The notes below the pieces were generated by a model. It saw nothing but the letters and a program-made list of their open reading frames with translations. It was not told the DNA's origin and searched no databases. Both the position numbers and the translations under genes were made by a program. 64,000 nucleotides of DNA from Bacteroidota bacterium (GTDB taxonomy: Bacteria > Bacteroidota > Ignavibacteria > UBA10030 > JAZGDE01): contig JAZGDE010000015.1 of the NCBI GenBank assembly GCA_036477295.1, positions 1,287 to 65,286 of the forward strand, read 5' to 3'. Positions 29,077-37,119 of the stretch are shown here, piece after piece. Positions within the stretch are counted from its first letter, which is position 1. The number at the start of each line of letters is the position of its first letter.

Positions 29077-29105
29077 TTGACAATATGCGGGGGCGTGATT
29101 ATATT
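29077..29105 (+). promoter_or_regulatory. near-consensus sigma70-type promoter of the cold-shock gene
   Basis: TTGACA 29077-29082, 17-nt spacer, TATATT 29100-29105. This leaves a ~130-nt 5' UTR before ATG 29243. Confidence 0.6.
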
Positions 29106-29242
29106 TCGCTGATTTTTTGTTGTCCTGACCAGCCCCTGACAGCTGAGGGAAAATACAGACCGTCAGACGACTCATTTGGTTTGGGTCTATGATTTTTGTG
29201 TCTGAGCGTCGGCGCCTACTTTCATGAAGGAGTAGTGTTTAC

Positions 29243-29446
29243 ATGCCACGTGGTCGAGTCAAGTGGTTTGATGGCAAGAAAGGCTACGGATTTATTGAAC
29301 GGGAAGAGGGCGGAGATGTCTTCGTCCACTATTCCGCAATCAAGTCGGACAAAGAGTACAAAACCTTGGAGGAGGGGGCGGTCGTGGAGTTTGATGTCGT
29401 CGAAGGGAAAAAGGGTCTTCAAGCAATCAACGTGACTGTTGTATGA
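29243..29446 (+). CDS. cold-shock protein (CspA family)
   Basis: RNP1 'KGYGFI' and RNP2 'VFVHY'. A GAAGGAG SD is present. Confidence 0.93.
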   Translation: MPRGRVKWFDGKKGYGFIEREEGGDVFVHYSAIKSDKEYKTLEEGAVVEFDVVEGKKGLQAINVTVV

Positions 29447-29465
29447 AGACCCACGCGTTCAGTCT

Positions 29466-29520
29466 AACCCCGATTGTGAACGCCAGGCAACGGAAACTCG
29501 CAATCGGGGTTTCATTATTT
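29466..29520 (+). terminator. putative intrinsic terminator after csp
   Basis: AACCCCGATTG 29466-29476 pairs with CAATCGGGGTT 29501-29511, followed by TCATTATTTT. The loop is long (24 nt). Confidence 0.5.
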
Positions 29521-29548
29521 TAGGTCTGGGTTGGGAACGAGGTTCCCC

Positions 29549-30004
29549 ATGGCGTTTGATTTCAAACCGGTGGACATACGGCGGATCGCGAGAATTCTGG
29601 GCGTGACGGCGAAGCACAAGGGCAATAACTTCCGGTTCGAGATCGATAACAAATTGCTGAAGCGCAAACTGGCTCTGGAAATCTACCCGAACATCCCCAT
29701 CGGCAACAAAAGGGGAAACCTGGTGTCGGTGTACACGCCCAACGCGCATCTTCAGCTCCACTTTTGTTCGGGATACGTCATCAGTGAAATGCTTGGCGAG
29801 GTCACGTTCGTTGGTGAACATGATGGCAAACTCTGCGGGTTGATTATCGAGAAAGAAGGTGGCTGTTCCCTCTATGCCAACGTCAACCGGACGATCCTCT
29901 CGGGTGATTTCACAAAACTGGGTCCGGAAGTTATGCTTTCGGGAATCGCTCTGTCGCTGACGGAGGCGATTCTCCCCGAAGGAACCAAGAAGAAGAAACG
30001 GTAG
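29549..30004 (+). CDS. hypothetical protein
   Basis: ORF 29531..30004. No motif recognised. It ends in a KKKKR tail and sits 6 nt upstream of ybeY. Confidence 0.55.
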   Translation: MAFDFKPVDIRRIARILGVTAKHKGNNFRFEIDNKLLKRKLALEIYPNIPIGNKRGNLVSVYTPNAHLQLHFCSGYVISEMLGEVTFVGEHDGKLCGLIIEKEGGCSLYANVNRTILSGDFTKLGPEVMLSGIALSLTEAILPEGTKKKKR

Positions 30005-30010
30005 CCTTTG

Positions 30011-30445
30011 ATGCGGGTTGAGGTTGCGAGTAGCCATCGAAAGTACGCGGTCGACGAAGGGGAAGTGCGTCGGCTCGCCAGAGGCGTCTCCCGGCACGAG
30101 AAGGCGGGACTCAGGTTTGTTAGTATTGTGGCGGTGGGTCATGGTTGGATGCGAAAGCTCAACCGTCAGTTCTTGCGTCGAGATGAAACGACCGATGTGC
30201 TGGCGTTTTCCCTCGGTGACAATCCCGAGGTGGAAGGAGAAATCTACGTCAATCTCGATCAGGCCTGTCGACAAGCAAGACACTACGGGGTATCTCTGAC
30301 GAACGAAGTGACTCGATTGGTTATCCACGGACTACTTCACTTGATCGGGTACAGAGATAAGAAGCTTTCGGAGCGCCGAGTGATGAGGGCAAGGGAGGAA
30401 GAGCTCGTCCGAATCTTGGACCGAGGGAAGACCTTGCGGTCTTGA
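30011..30445 (+). CDS. ybeY: rRNA maturation RNase YbeY
   Basis: 'LVIHGLLHLIGY' metal-binding signature. Confidence 0.9.
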   Translation: MRVEVASSHRKYAVDEGEVRRLARGVSRHEKAGLRFVSIVAVGHGWMRKLNRQFLRRDETTDVLAFSLGDNPEVEGEIYVNLDQACRQARHYGVSLTNEVTRLVIHGLLHLIGYRDKKLSERRVMRAREEELVRILDRGKTLRS

Positions 30446-30512
30446 TTTTGGCGTGGTCCCTGTCTTATATTACAAGGCGCTGGTCATTCTTCGTTGAGGT
30501 GAAGGACTCATC

Positions 30513-30971
30513 ATGTACGAAAAAGTAGTTGAAATCATCGTTTATCTCATGAATGAGATGCGTCAGAACAAGCGGCTGGGGGAGATTGACCTTGACGCGC
30601 TGACCCAGAACGGTTACACGGAAACAGAAATCAGCACAGCACTCAGCTGGCTTTTCGACAAGTTCTCCGTTGGAGGTGTTCAGGCGGCGGAAGCTGCTCC
30701 TGCTTCACCCGAGTCACATCGCGTATTTCACGAAGCGGAGAAAATGTCGATGTCGGTCGAAGCACAAGGACATTTGATTCAGCTTCGTGCGTTGAATCTC
30801 TTGACCGAACCCGACTTCGAGTTGGTGATCGATCGCGTCATGAGAGCTGGTTTCTTGAAAGCCGGGCTATCGGAGGTCAAATCCATCGTAGCATCAGTAC
30901 TCTTCAATAGCGAGGAATCGCCCAACGCGGCGAGCCGATCCCTGTTGTACAGCAGTGACACGATCCAGTAA
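30513..30971 (+). CDS. smg: Smg (DUF494) family protein
   Basis: 'VVEIIVYLMNEM....GYTETEISTALSWL'. It occupies the usual position upstream of topA. Confidence 0.75.
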   Translation: MYEKVVEIIVYLMNEMRQNKRLGEIDLDALTQNGYTETEISTALSWLFDKFSVGGVQAAEAAPASPESHRVFHEAEKMSMSVEAQGHLIQLRALNLLTEPDFELVIDRVMRAGFLKAGLSEVKSIVASVLFNSEESPNAASRSLLYSSDTIQ

Positions 30972-31016
30972 CAGTTAGTTTGGTACAATCATCGTCGAGA
31001 GATACAGTGGGGGGAA

Positions 31017-33284
31017 ATGGATAAATCACTCATTATCGTGGAGTCTCCTTCAAAAGCGAGGACGATTACCAGATACCTAGATAAGAGTTTCATCGTTGAG
31101 GCGACGGTTGGGCATATCAAGAACTTGCCGAAAAGCAAAATTGGCATATTGATTGACGACGGATATCAGCCGATCTACGAAACGATCAAGGGGAAGGAAG
31201 AAGTTATCCGGCATCTGAAGTCCCTTGCCCGCAAGGTTAATCAGGTGTACATCGCAACGGATCCGGACCGCGAGGGAGAGGCGATCGCTTGGCACATCGC
31301 CCAGGAAATCGAATCCGAGAACAGGAACATTTTTCGCGTTCTGTTTCACGAGATCACCGAGTCGGGCATCGCGGAGGCGATGTCAATTCCACAGAAGATC
31401 GACAAGAAGTTGGTCAACTCGCAGCAGGCCCGACGGGTGATGGACAGGATTGTAGGGTACAAGATTAGCCCTTTTGTCTGGAAGACCGTGTTCTACGGCC
31501 TTTCCGCAGGGCGTGTGCAGTCAGTTGCGCTCCGGCTCATCTGCGAGCGGGAAGTCGAGATCAGGAACTTCGTTCCGCAGGAGTACTGGTCGATCACCGG
31601 TGACTTCAAAGGGGAACGTACCGATTCTTTCTTCGCGAAGCTGATTAAGATCAACGACGAAGGTCCGGACATTCGGAACGAGCGCGTTGCGCAGGAATAT
31701 GTGCTGGACGTTGAAAGAAAGTCCTTCGTCGTTGCCGACACCCAGCGCAAGCAGATCAAGCGAAACCCTCCTCCGCCGTTCATCACGAGCTCCCTGCAGC
31801 AAGAGGCATCTGCGAGACTCAGATTCTCCACGAAGAAAACGATGACGCTCGCCCAGAGGCTCTACGAGGGTATCGAATTGGGCCCCGCTGGAGGCGTTGG
31901 CCTTATCACGTACATGCGGACGGATTCCACGAGGTTGAGCAAGGAAGCCGTCGCCGCGGTTCGCGAATATATCTACTCCACCTACGGTGGCGACTATCTG
32001 CCCCGGGAACCGCGACATTTCAAGAAACGAAAGTCCTCGCAGGACGCGCACGAGGCAATCCGTCCCACGTCGATGAAGTATGTGCCAAAGACGGTCAAGA
32101 AATATCTCGAGAAGAACCTCTACGACCTGTACGAATTAATCTGGAATCGCTTCGTGGCGTGTCAGATGGCAGAGGCGAAGTTTGAACAGCTCACGGTCGA
32201 TGTTCGCGGTGATGAGTATCTCTTCCGGGGGAGCAGCACGAGTCCGAGATTTCGCGGCTTCTTACAGGTGTACGACGATATCGTAGAAGAGAACGGCAAA
32301 ATGGAAGATGAGGATCCGACCTCCAAACTCCCGGACAACCTTGCGGTCGGGGATCCGGTCCAGCTCTTGATGCTCCTCCCGAAGCAGCACTTCACAAAAC
32401 CGCCGTGGCGATACGCGGAGAGCAGCCTTGTGCGGGAACTGGAATCCTGCGGCATCGGTCGGCCAAGCACCTATGCACTCATCGTCAGTACGATTCAGGA
32501 GCGAGGGTATGTGAACCAGGAAAACAGGAAGCTCTATGCGACGCCGCTCGGTTTGGACGTGAGCAAGATCCTCGTCCAAAATTTCCCCAACATCTTCAAC
32601 GTCAAGTTCACGAAGAAGATGGAGGAAGAGCTCGATACGATCGCGTCCGGCAAGCGTTCCTACAAGAGGGTCCTGGATGACTTTTACAAGCCGTTCATGG
32701 AATCTCTGAAGAAGGTCGAAAAGAATACTCACGAAATCAAGAAATCATTGCAGGAGACGACAGACCACACATGTGATCTGTGTGGAAAACCGATGATCAT
32801 CAAGTGGGGGCGCAACGGGCGATTTATGGCCTGCAGTGGCTATCCGGAATGCCGGAACACGAGGCCGCTGGTCGAGGACCAGGAAAAACATCAGCATCTC
32901 GCCGGTATGAAGTGTGAGCTGTGCGGCGGTGAAATGGTTATCAGGGGCGGCCGATTTGGAGTTTTCCTCGGATGCTCAAACTATCCAGAATGCAAGAACA
33001 CGAAATCCATCACGATTGGCATCAAATGTCCGAAGTGTGGTGAAGGCGATCTTGTGTCTCGAAAGACGAAACGAAAGCGAGTGTTCTACGGCTGTTCGCG
33101 GTATCCGGAATGTGACTTTGCGTCGTGGGATAAGCCGGTGAATAAGAGCTGCCTGAATTGCGCCAACACATTCCTTGTCGAGAAGTATTCTGAAAAGAAA
33201 GGTGCCTACCTCAAATGCCCACAGTGTAAAGAAGAATACCTGAAGGAGGAAGTGGCTGTGGTCGACGAGCAAGCGTCAGCATGA
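31017..33284 (+). CDS. topA: DNA topoisomerase I
   Basis: TOPRIM 'LIIVESPSKA', 'ATDPDREGEAIAWH', catalytic region 'ITYMRTDST', and C-terminal CxxC zinc ribbons. Confidence 0.95.
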   Translation: MDKSLIIVESPSKARTITRYLDKSFIVEATVGHIKNLPKSKIGILIDDGYQPIYETIKGKEEVIRHLKSLARKVNQVYIATDPDREGEAIAWHIAQEIESENRNIFRVLFHEITESGIAEAMSIPQKIDKKLVNSQQARRVMDRIVGYKISPFVWKTVFYGLSAGRVQSVALRLICEREVEIRNFVPQEYWSITGDFKGERTDSFFAKLIKINDEGPDIRNERVAQEYVLDVERKSFVVADTQRKQIKRNPPPPFITSSLQQEASARLRFSTKKTMTLAQRLYEGIELGPAGGVGLITYMRTDSTRLSKEAVAAVREYIYSTYGGDYLPREPRHFKKRKSSQDAHEAIRPTSMKYVPKTVKKYLEKNLYDLYELIWNRFVACQMAEAKFEQLTVDVRGDEYLFRGSSTSPRFRGFLQVYDDIVEENGKMEDEDPTSKLPDNLAVGDPVQLLMLLPKQHFTKPPWRYAESSLVRELESCGIGRPSTYALIVSTIQERGYVNQENRKLYATPLGLDVSKILVQNFPNIFNVKFTKKMEEELDTIASGKRSYKRVLDDFYKPFMESLKKVEKNTHEIKKSLQETTDHTCDLCGKPMIIKWGRNGRFMACSGYPECRNTRPLVEDQEKHQHLAGMKCELCGGEMVIRGGRFGVFLGCSNYPECKNTKSITIGIKCPKCGEGDLVSRKTKRKRVFYGCSRYPECDFASWDKPVNKSCLNCANTFLVEKYSEKKGAYLKCPQCKEEYLKEEVAVVDEQASA

Positions 33285-34186
33285 AGCCCCTCATCCGTAA
33301 ATATCTGACGTACCTTGCCGAGGAACGCCAGTATTCATCGCACACCGTCAAGGCCTACCAGAACGACCTGCACCAATTTTCGAAATTTTTGCACCTTCAC
33401 TTCAAGGGGAGCCGATATCACCTCCGTTCCATCGATAACGTCACCATCCGTTTCTTTCTCGGGGATCTGCTCGACCGAGGTTTGACAAAGAAAAGCATCG
33501 CGCGGAAGCTCGCAGCGGTGCGATCGTTCTTTACCTACCTTGTTCGTCAAGACGTCGCTCGCTACAACCCAGCCGAGATCATCGTCACGCCAAAGTTGGA
33601 GAAACGGCTCCCAGTGTTCCTCGACGAGGCAAGCATGGTGAGGATACTTGAGGCGCCCGACCGGTCGACGCGGGACGGACTCCGCGACGCTGCAGTGATC
33701 GAGCTGCTCTACAGCACCGGAATCCGACTTGGCGAGCTGATCCGACTGAACGTGGAGGATCTCGATTTTACCAACGGCACGATCAAGGTGTTCGGTAAGG
33801 GGAGCAAGCATCGGGTCGTCCCCTGCGGGAAAAAAGCGTATGATGTGCTTCGCGCGTATTTGAGTCGGCGCCAGGAATTCGTCAGCCAGGAGACTCCTGC
33901 AGACGGCCGACGGGCACTGTTCCTGAGCGTAGCAGGAAAGAGGATTTATCCGAAAGCTGTCCACCTGATCGTAAAGAAATACATCGCGAAGGTCTCGGAA
34001 GTTGAAAAGAAGAGTCCACACGTCATCCGTCATACGTTCGCGACGCATCTTCTCAATCGCGGTGCGGACTTGCGTGCTGTGATGGAACTTCTCGGCCATG
34101 AGTCACTTTCAACAACCCAACTCTACACTCACGTCACGGTAGACCATCTCAAGAAAATCTACCGTCAGGCACATCCGAAAGCATAG
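33281..34186 (+). CDS. tyrosine recombinase XerC/XerD
   Basis: 'YSTGIRLGELIRL', 'HVIRHTFATHLL' and 'LGHESLSTTQLYTHV'. ATGA overlap with topA. Confidence 0.88.
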   Translation: MKPLIRKYLTYLAEERQYSSHTVKAYQNDLHQFSKFLHLHFKGSRYHLRSIDNVTIRFFLGDLLDRGLTKKSIARKLAAVRSFFTYLVRQDVARYNPAEIIVTPKLEKRLPVFLDEASMVRILEAPDRSTRDGLRDAAVIELLYSTGIRLGELIRLNVEDLDFTNGTIKVFGKGSKHRVVPCGKKAYDVLRAYLSRRQEFVSQETPADGRRALFLSVAGKRIYPKAVHLIVKKYIAKVSEVEKKSPHVIRHTFATHLLNRGADLRAVMELLGHESLSTTQLYTHVTVDHLKKIYRQAHPKA

Positions 34187-34265
34187 AAATGGCATGCAAT
34201 CGATGGCGAGCGAGCTCGAATCTGATCGCATACGGAGCGGGCGTCCGCAGTGAAGGAGGGTAACG

Positions 34266-34351
34266 ATGAACATAAGCATTACCGCTCGGCATTTTGAGCT
34301 CAGCGCCTGAAGGACAAGTGCTTCGTGCGGCGAGTGCAAGCCAAGGTATAG
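34266..34351 (+). pseudogene. hpf: stub of ribosome hibernation-promoting factor (first ~29 codons, frameshifted; remainder deleted)
   Basis: SD GAAGGAGGG 34252-34260 precedes ATG 34266, which encodes 'MNISITARHFELSA' then TGA. The next frame continues 'LKDKCFVRRVQAKV' then stops. hprK starts at 34390, so about 70 codons are absent. Confidence 0.65.
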
Positions 34352-34389
34352 GCATGATGCACAGGCGAATCGCTTAAGGGGAAGCGGAT

Positions 34390-35406
34390 ATGATCAACGT
34401 CGATAAGACTAGAGAGATTCGGAAGAAGAGCATCACGGTTGGATACTTTTATGGGTGCAATAAGGACCGATTGAAACTCACGACGCTCAACGGAGAGGTT
34501 GGGTTTGAGAACGAAATCACGGATAAGAACATCCACCGACCGGGGCTTGCGCTGGCGGGGTATGTCGAGCTGTTCACGTACCACCGCATTCAAATCTTTG
34601 GAAATACTGAAATCAAGTACCTCAAGCACCTGAAACGACAAGAATGCATCCATTCCCTTAACACCATCTTTCAATTCCCAATCCCCTGTATCATCATCAC
34701 GAACAGCAATGAGGTTGACCAGGCCTTACTGGAGATCGCTACGCAGCATCACTGTCCGGTGTTCCAGACCCCGTTCGAGACGACGAAGTTCGTGTACTTC
34801 GTGAGCGACTTCCTCGACGACCAATTCTCTCCGCAGAAGCAGGTCCATGGGTCGTTCGTGGACGTGTACGGGATCGGGGTGTTATTCACGGGACGTTCGG
34901 GTATCGGCAAGAGCGAGATCGCGCTCGATTTGGTGGAGCGTGGTCACCGACTAGTTGCAGACGACGTGGTGATGATCACTCGGAAGGGGGAAGGAATTCT
35001 CATGGGGTCGGGCACGGACTTGGTGAAACACTTTATGGAGATTCGAGGTCTAGGACTTCTTGACATCCGGAGCATGTTCGGAATTCGCGCCATCCGATTC
35101 CAGAAACGCGTAGAAGTTGTTGTCGAACTCCAAGAACGTAGCCCGGACGAAGACTATACGCGTACAGGTTTAGATGATCAGTCCGTCACCATCCTCGACG
35201 TCGAATTGCCACTCATCAAGCTGCCGATCTTCCCCGGGAAGAACGTCACCGTGATCGCTGAGGTGATCGCTCTCAACTATCTCCTGAAGCATTACGGTTA
35301 CGACGCTGCGAAGGAGTTCACCAAAGGCTTGCAGGCCGCCATTAACGAAAAAAAGAAGGGGACCGGGAGCCGGGTGATCGACTATTTCGAGCACGACTTC
35401 GAGTGA
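34390..35406 (+). CDS. hprK: HPr kinase/phosphorylase
   Basis: 'GVLFTGRSGIGKSEIALDLVERGHRLVADD' and 'MEIRGLGLLDIRSMFG'. Confidence 0.92.
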   Translation: MINVDKTREIRKKSITVGYFYGCNKDRLKLTTLNGEVGFENEITDKNIHRPGLALAGYVELFTYHRIQIFGNTEIKYLKHLKRQECIHSLNTIFQFPIPCIIITNSNEVDQALLEIATQHHCPVFQTPFETTKFVYFVSDFLDDQFSPQKQVHGSFVDVYGIGVLFTGRSGIGKSEIALDLVERGHRLVADDVVMITRKGEGILMGSGTDLVKHFMEIRGLGLLDIRSMFGIRAIRFQKRVEVVVELQERSPDEDYTRTGLDDQSVTILDVELPLIKLPIFPGKNVTVIAEVIALNYLLKHYGYDAAKEFTKGLQAAINEKKKGTGSRVIDYFEHDFE

Positions 35407-35496
35407 GACAACACCACTTCTCCTTGAGGCATTGCGAAATACTATTGTCCTGCGTCACAAATCGGAACGAAACCTGGCAGAATCTAAAAAAACTTC

Positions 35497-35525
35497 TTGA
35501 CAAAGACTCACGTTTTTTTTATTTT
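35497..35525 (+). promoter_or_regulatory. sigma70-type promoter upstream of the M23 peptidase
   Basis: TTGACA 35497-35502, 17-nt spacer, TATTTT 35520-35525. The resulting ~150-nt leader contains an 8-bp inverted repeat GTCAGAGT/ACTCTGAC. Confidence 0.55.
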
Positions 35526-35678
35526 CGACAGGTTCCCCTTTTCGTTTGGGAGCGTCCGATTGCCTTGGATCCAGCCTCGGTGAGTTAGTCAGAGTCCACG
35601 CTGACCAAAAACTCTGACACGACGAGCGAGCAACAAATCGACTAATTTCTTCTGTTCTGTAATTTCCACGAAGAGAGT

Positions 35679-36638
35679 ATGCGAAGAAAGCTCAGGTTTA
35701 TCTACTTTTCTGATGAGAGGTTGGAAATTCGCGAAATTCGCGGGTTCCGAACCAAGTTCACGGCATTTGTGTTCGGTGCTCTCCTCGTTGCTCTCGGCGC
35801 CATCATTGCGTTCAACGAATTGTACATCGACTTTCTTGGGTTTGGACACAACAAGATTACGCTCCTCACAAACGAGAATAGGATTTTGAAGGACCAGTTG
35901 CGAAAGGCAAACCGTAAGATGCGGGAGATCGGGCGGACGCTCGATCAACTGGCGGAACGTGACAATCATCTTCGTCTGCTTGTTGACCTTCCGAGAATTG
36001 ATCCCGACACCAGGGTGGCCGGCATTGGAGGGAGTAGCGACGAGCATTACGACTTTGGTTTGCAGACGAAGGAGGCTGGCGAAATCCTCCGGATGACACA
36101 AGCGACGCTCGAAAAAGTTGAACGCGAGGTCCTTTTCCAGCGGCAGAGTTATGAGGATATCGTAACGAATTTCGAATACAACAAGTCGCTGTTTGCGAGT
36201 GTCCCCGCAATCAAGCCGATGGATGGTTTCTACAGCGTGAATAGCTTTGGAGTGCGACGGCATCCCGTTTTGGGGATCTATAAGAGCCATGGCGGTCTCG
36301 ACATTGTGAATGACCCCGGGACACCCGTCTTTGCGACTGGAGATGGGATCGTCCGCTTAGCCGGGAGAACGGCCGGAGGGTATGGCATCGCTCTTGTCAT
36401 CAAGCACGGACATGGGTACAAAACGCTCTACGCTCATCTTTCCAAGGTTTTCGTCAAAGCCAGGCAGGAAGTAAAACGGGGCGACAAAATTGCGCTCTCT
36501 GGCCGAACTGGATTGGTCAGCGGTCCACACCTCCATTATGAAGTGCGATACCGCGGTATGAAAAAGAATCCCGTCGACTACTTCTTCGATGACGTCCTAC
36601 CAAGCTCGTACCAAACGCTTCTGCCGAGCGCTGATTGA
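35679..36638 (+). CDS. M23-family peptidoglycan metalloendopeptidase
   Basis: 'HGGLDI', 'DGIV' and 'GPHLHYEV'. N-terminal TM anchor and coiled coil. Confidence 0.88.
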   Translation: MRRKLRFIYFSDERLEIREIRGFRTKFTAFVFGALLVALGAIIAFNELYIDFLGFGHNKITLLTNENRILKDQLRKANRKMREIGRTLDQLAERDNHLRLLVDLPRIDPDTRVAGIGGSSDEHYDFGLQTKEAGEILRMTQATLEKVEREVLFQRQSYEDIVTNFEYNKSLFASVPAIKPMDGFYSVNSFGVRRHPVLGIYKSHGGLDIVNDPGTPVFATGDGIVRLAGRTAGGYGIALVIKHGHGYKTLYAHLSKVFVKARQEVKRGDKIALSGRTGLVSGPHLHYEVRYRGMKKNPVDYFFDDVLPSSYQTLLPSAD

Positions 36639-36651
36639 TCCCTGAATCCTC

Positions 36652-36679
36652 TTGACTTGAAATTTTTTTTTCATATCTT
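36652..36679 (+). promoter_or_regulatory. possible promoter (TTGACT-16-TATCTT)
   Basis: TTGACT 36652-36657 and TATCTT 36674-36679. It lies immediately before the hairpin at 36683, so it may be fortuitous. Confidence 0.3.
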
Positions 36680-36682
36680 TGC

Positions 36683-36716
36683 GCCACTGGAAATACAAAT
36701 CTTCAGTGGCTTTTTT
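36683..36716 (+). terminator. intrinsic terminator
   Basis: GCCACTGGA 36683-36691 pairs with TTCAGTGGC 36702-36710 (one G-U), with a 10-nt loop, then TTTTTT 36711-36716. Confidence 0.7.
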
Positions 36717-36749
36717 GTGATGCGCGCTTTCTGAAAGGAGGAATGCGCG

Positions 36750-36974
36750 ATGATCTGGACTCTTGAATTGGCTTCGTACCTTGACGACGCACCATGGCCG
36801 GCGACCAAAGATGAATTGATCGATTACGCTGTACGAACTGGCGCGCCAGTGGAAGTCATCGAAAACTTGCAAGAACTCGAAGACAATGACGAGCCATACG
36901 AGAGTATGGAGGAAATCTGGCCCGACTACCCTTCGGACGAGGACTTTTTCTCCGAAAACGAGAATGAGTACTAA
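36750..36974 (+). CDS. DUF2795-family small acidic protein
   Basis: 'LDDAPWPATKDELIDYAVRTGAPVEVIENL'. SD AAAGGAGG lies 8 nt upstream. Confidence 0.7.
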   Translation: MIWTLELASYLDDAPWPATKDELIDYAVRTGAPVEVIENLQELEDNDEPYESMEEIWPDYPSDEDFFSENENEY

Positions 36975-37044
36975 CTTCCAGCCCAGCGAGCTTAGGGGTT
37001 CGGAGTAATTCCATCAAACCAGAATCCATTCACCCTTCACACGT

Positions 37045-37080
37045 ACCCATCCTGCCATTTAGCGGGATGGGTTTTTGTTT
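37045..37080 (+). terminator. intrinsic terminator
   Basis: ACCCATCC 37045-37052 pairs with GGATGGGT 37065-37072, followed by TTTTGTTT. Confidence 0.65.
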
Positions 37081-37119
37081 CATGGTTTTTTATTGGTGAA
37101 TTTTGTATATTTTTTTTCG

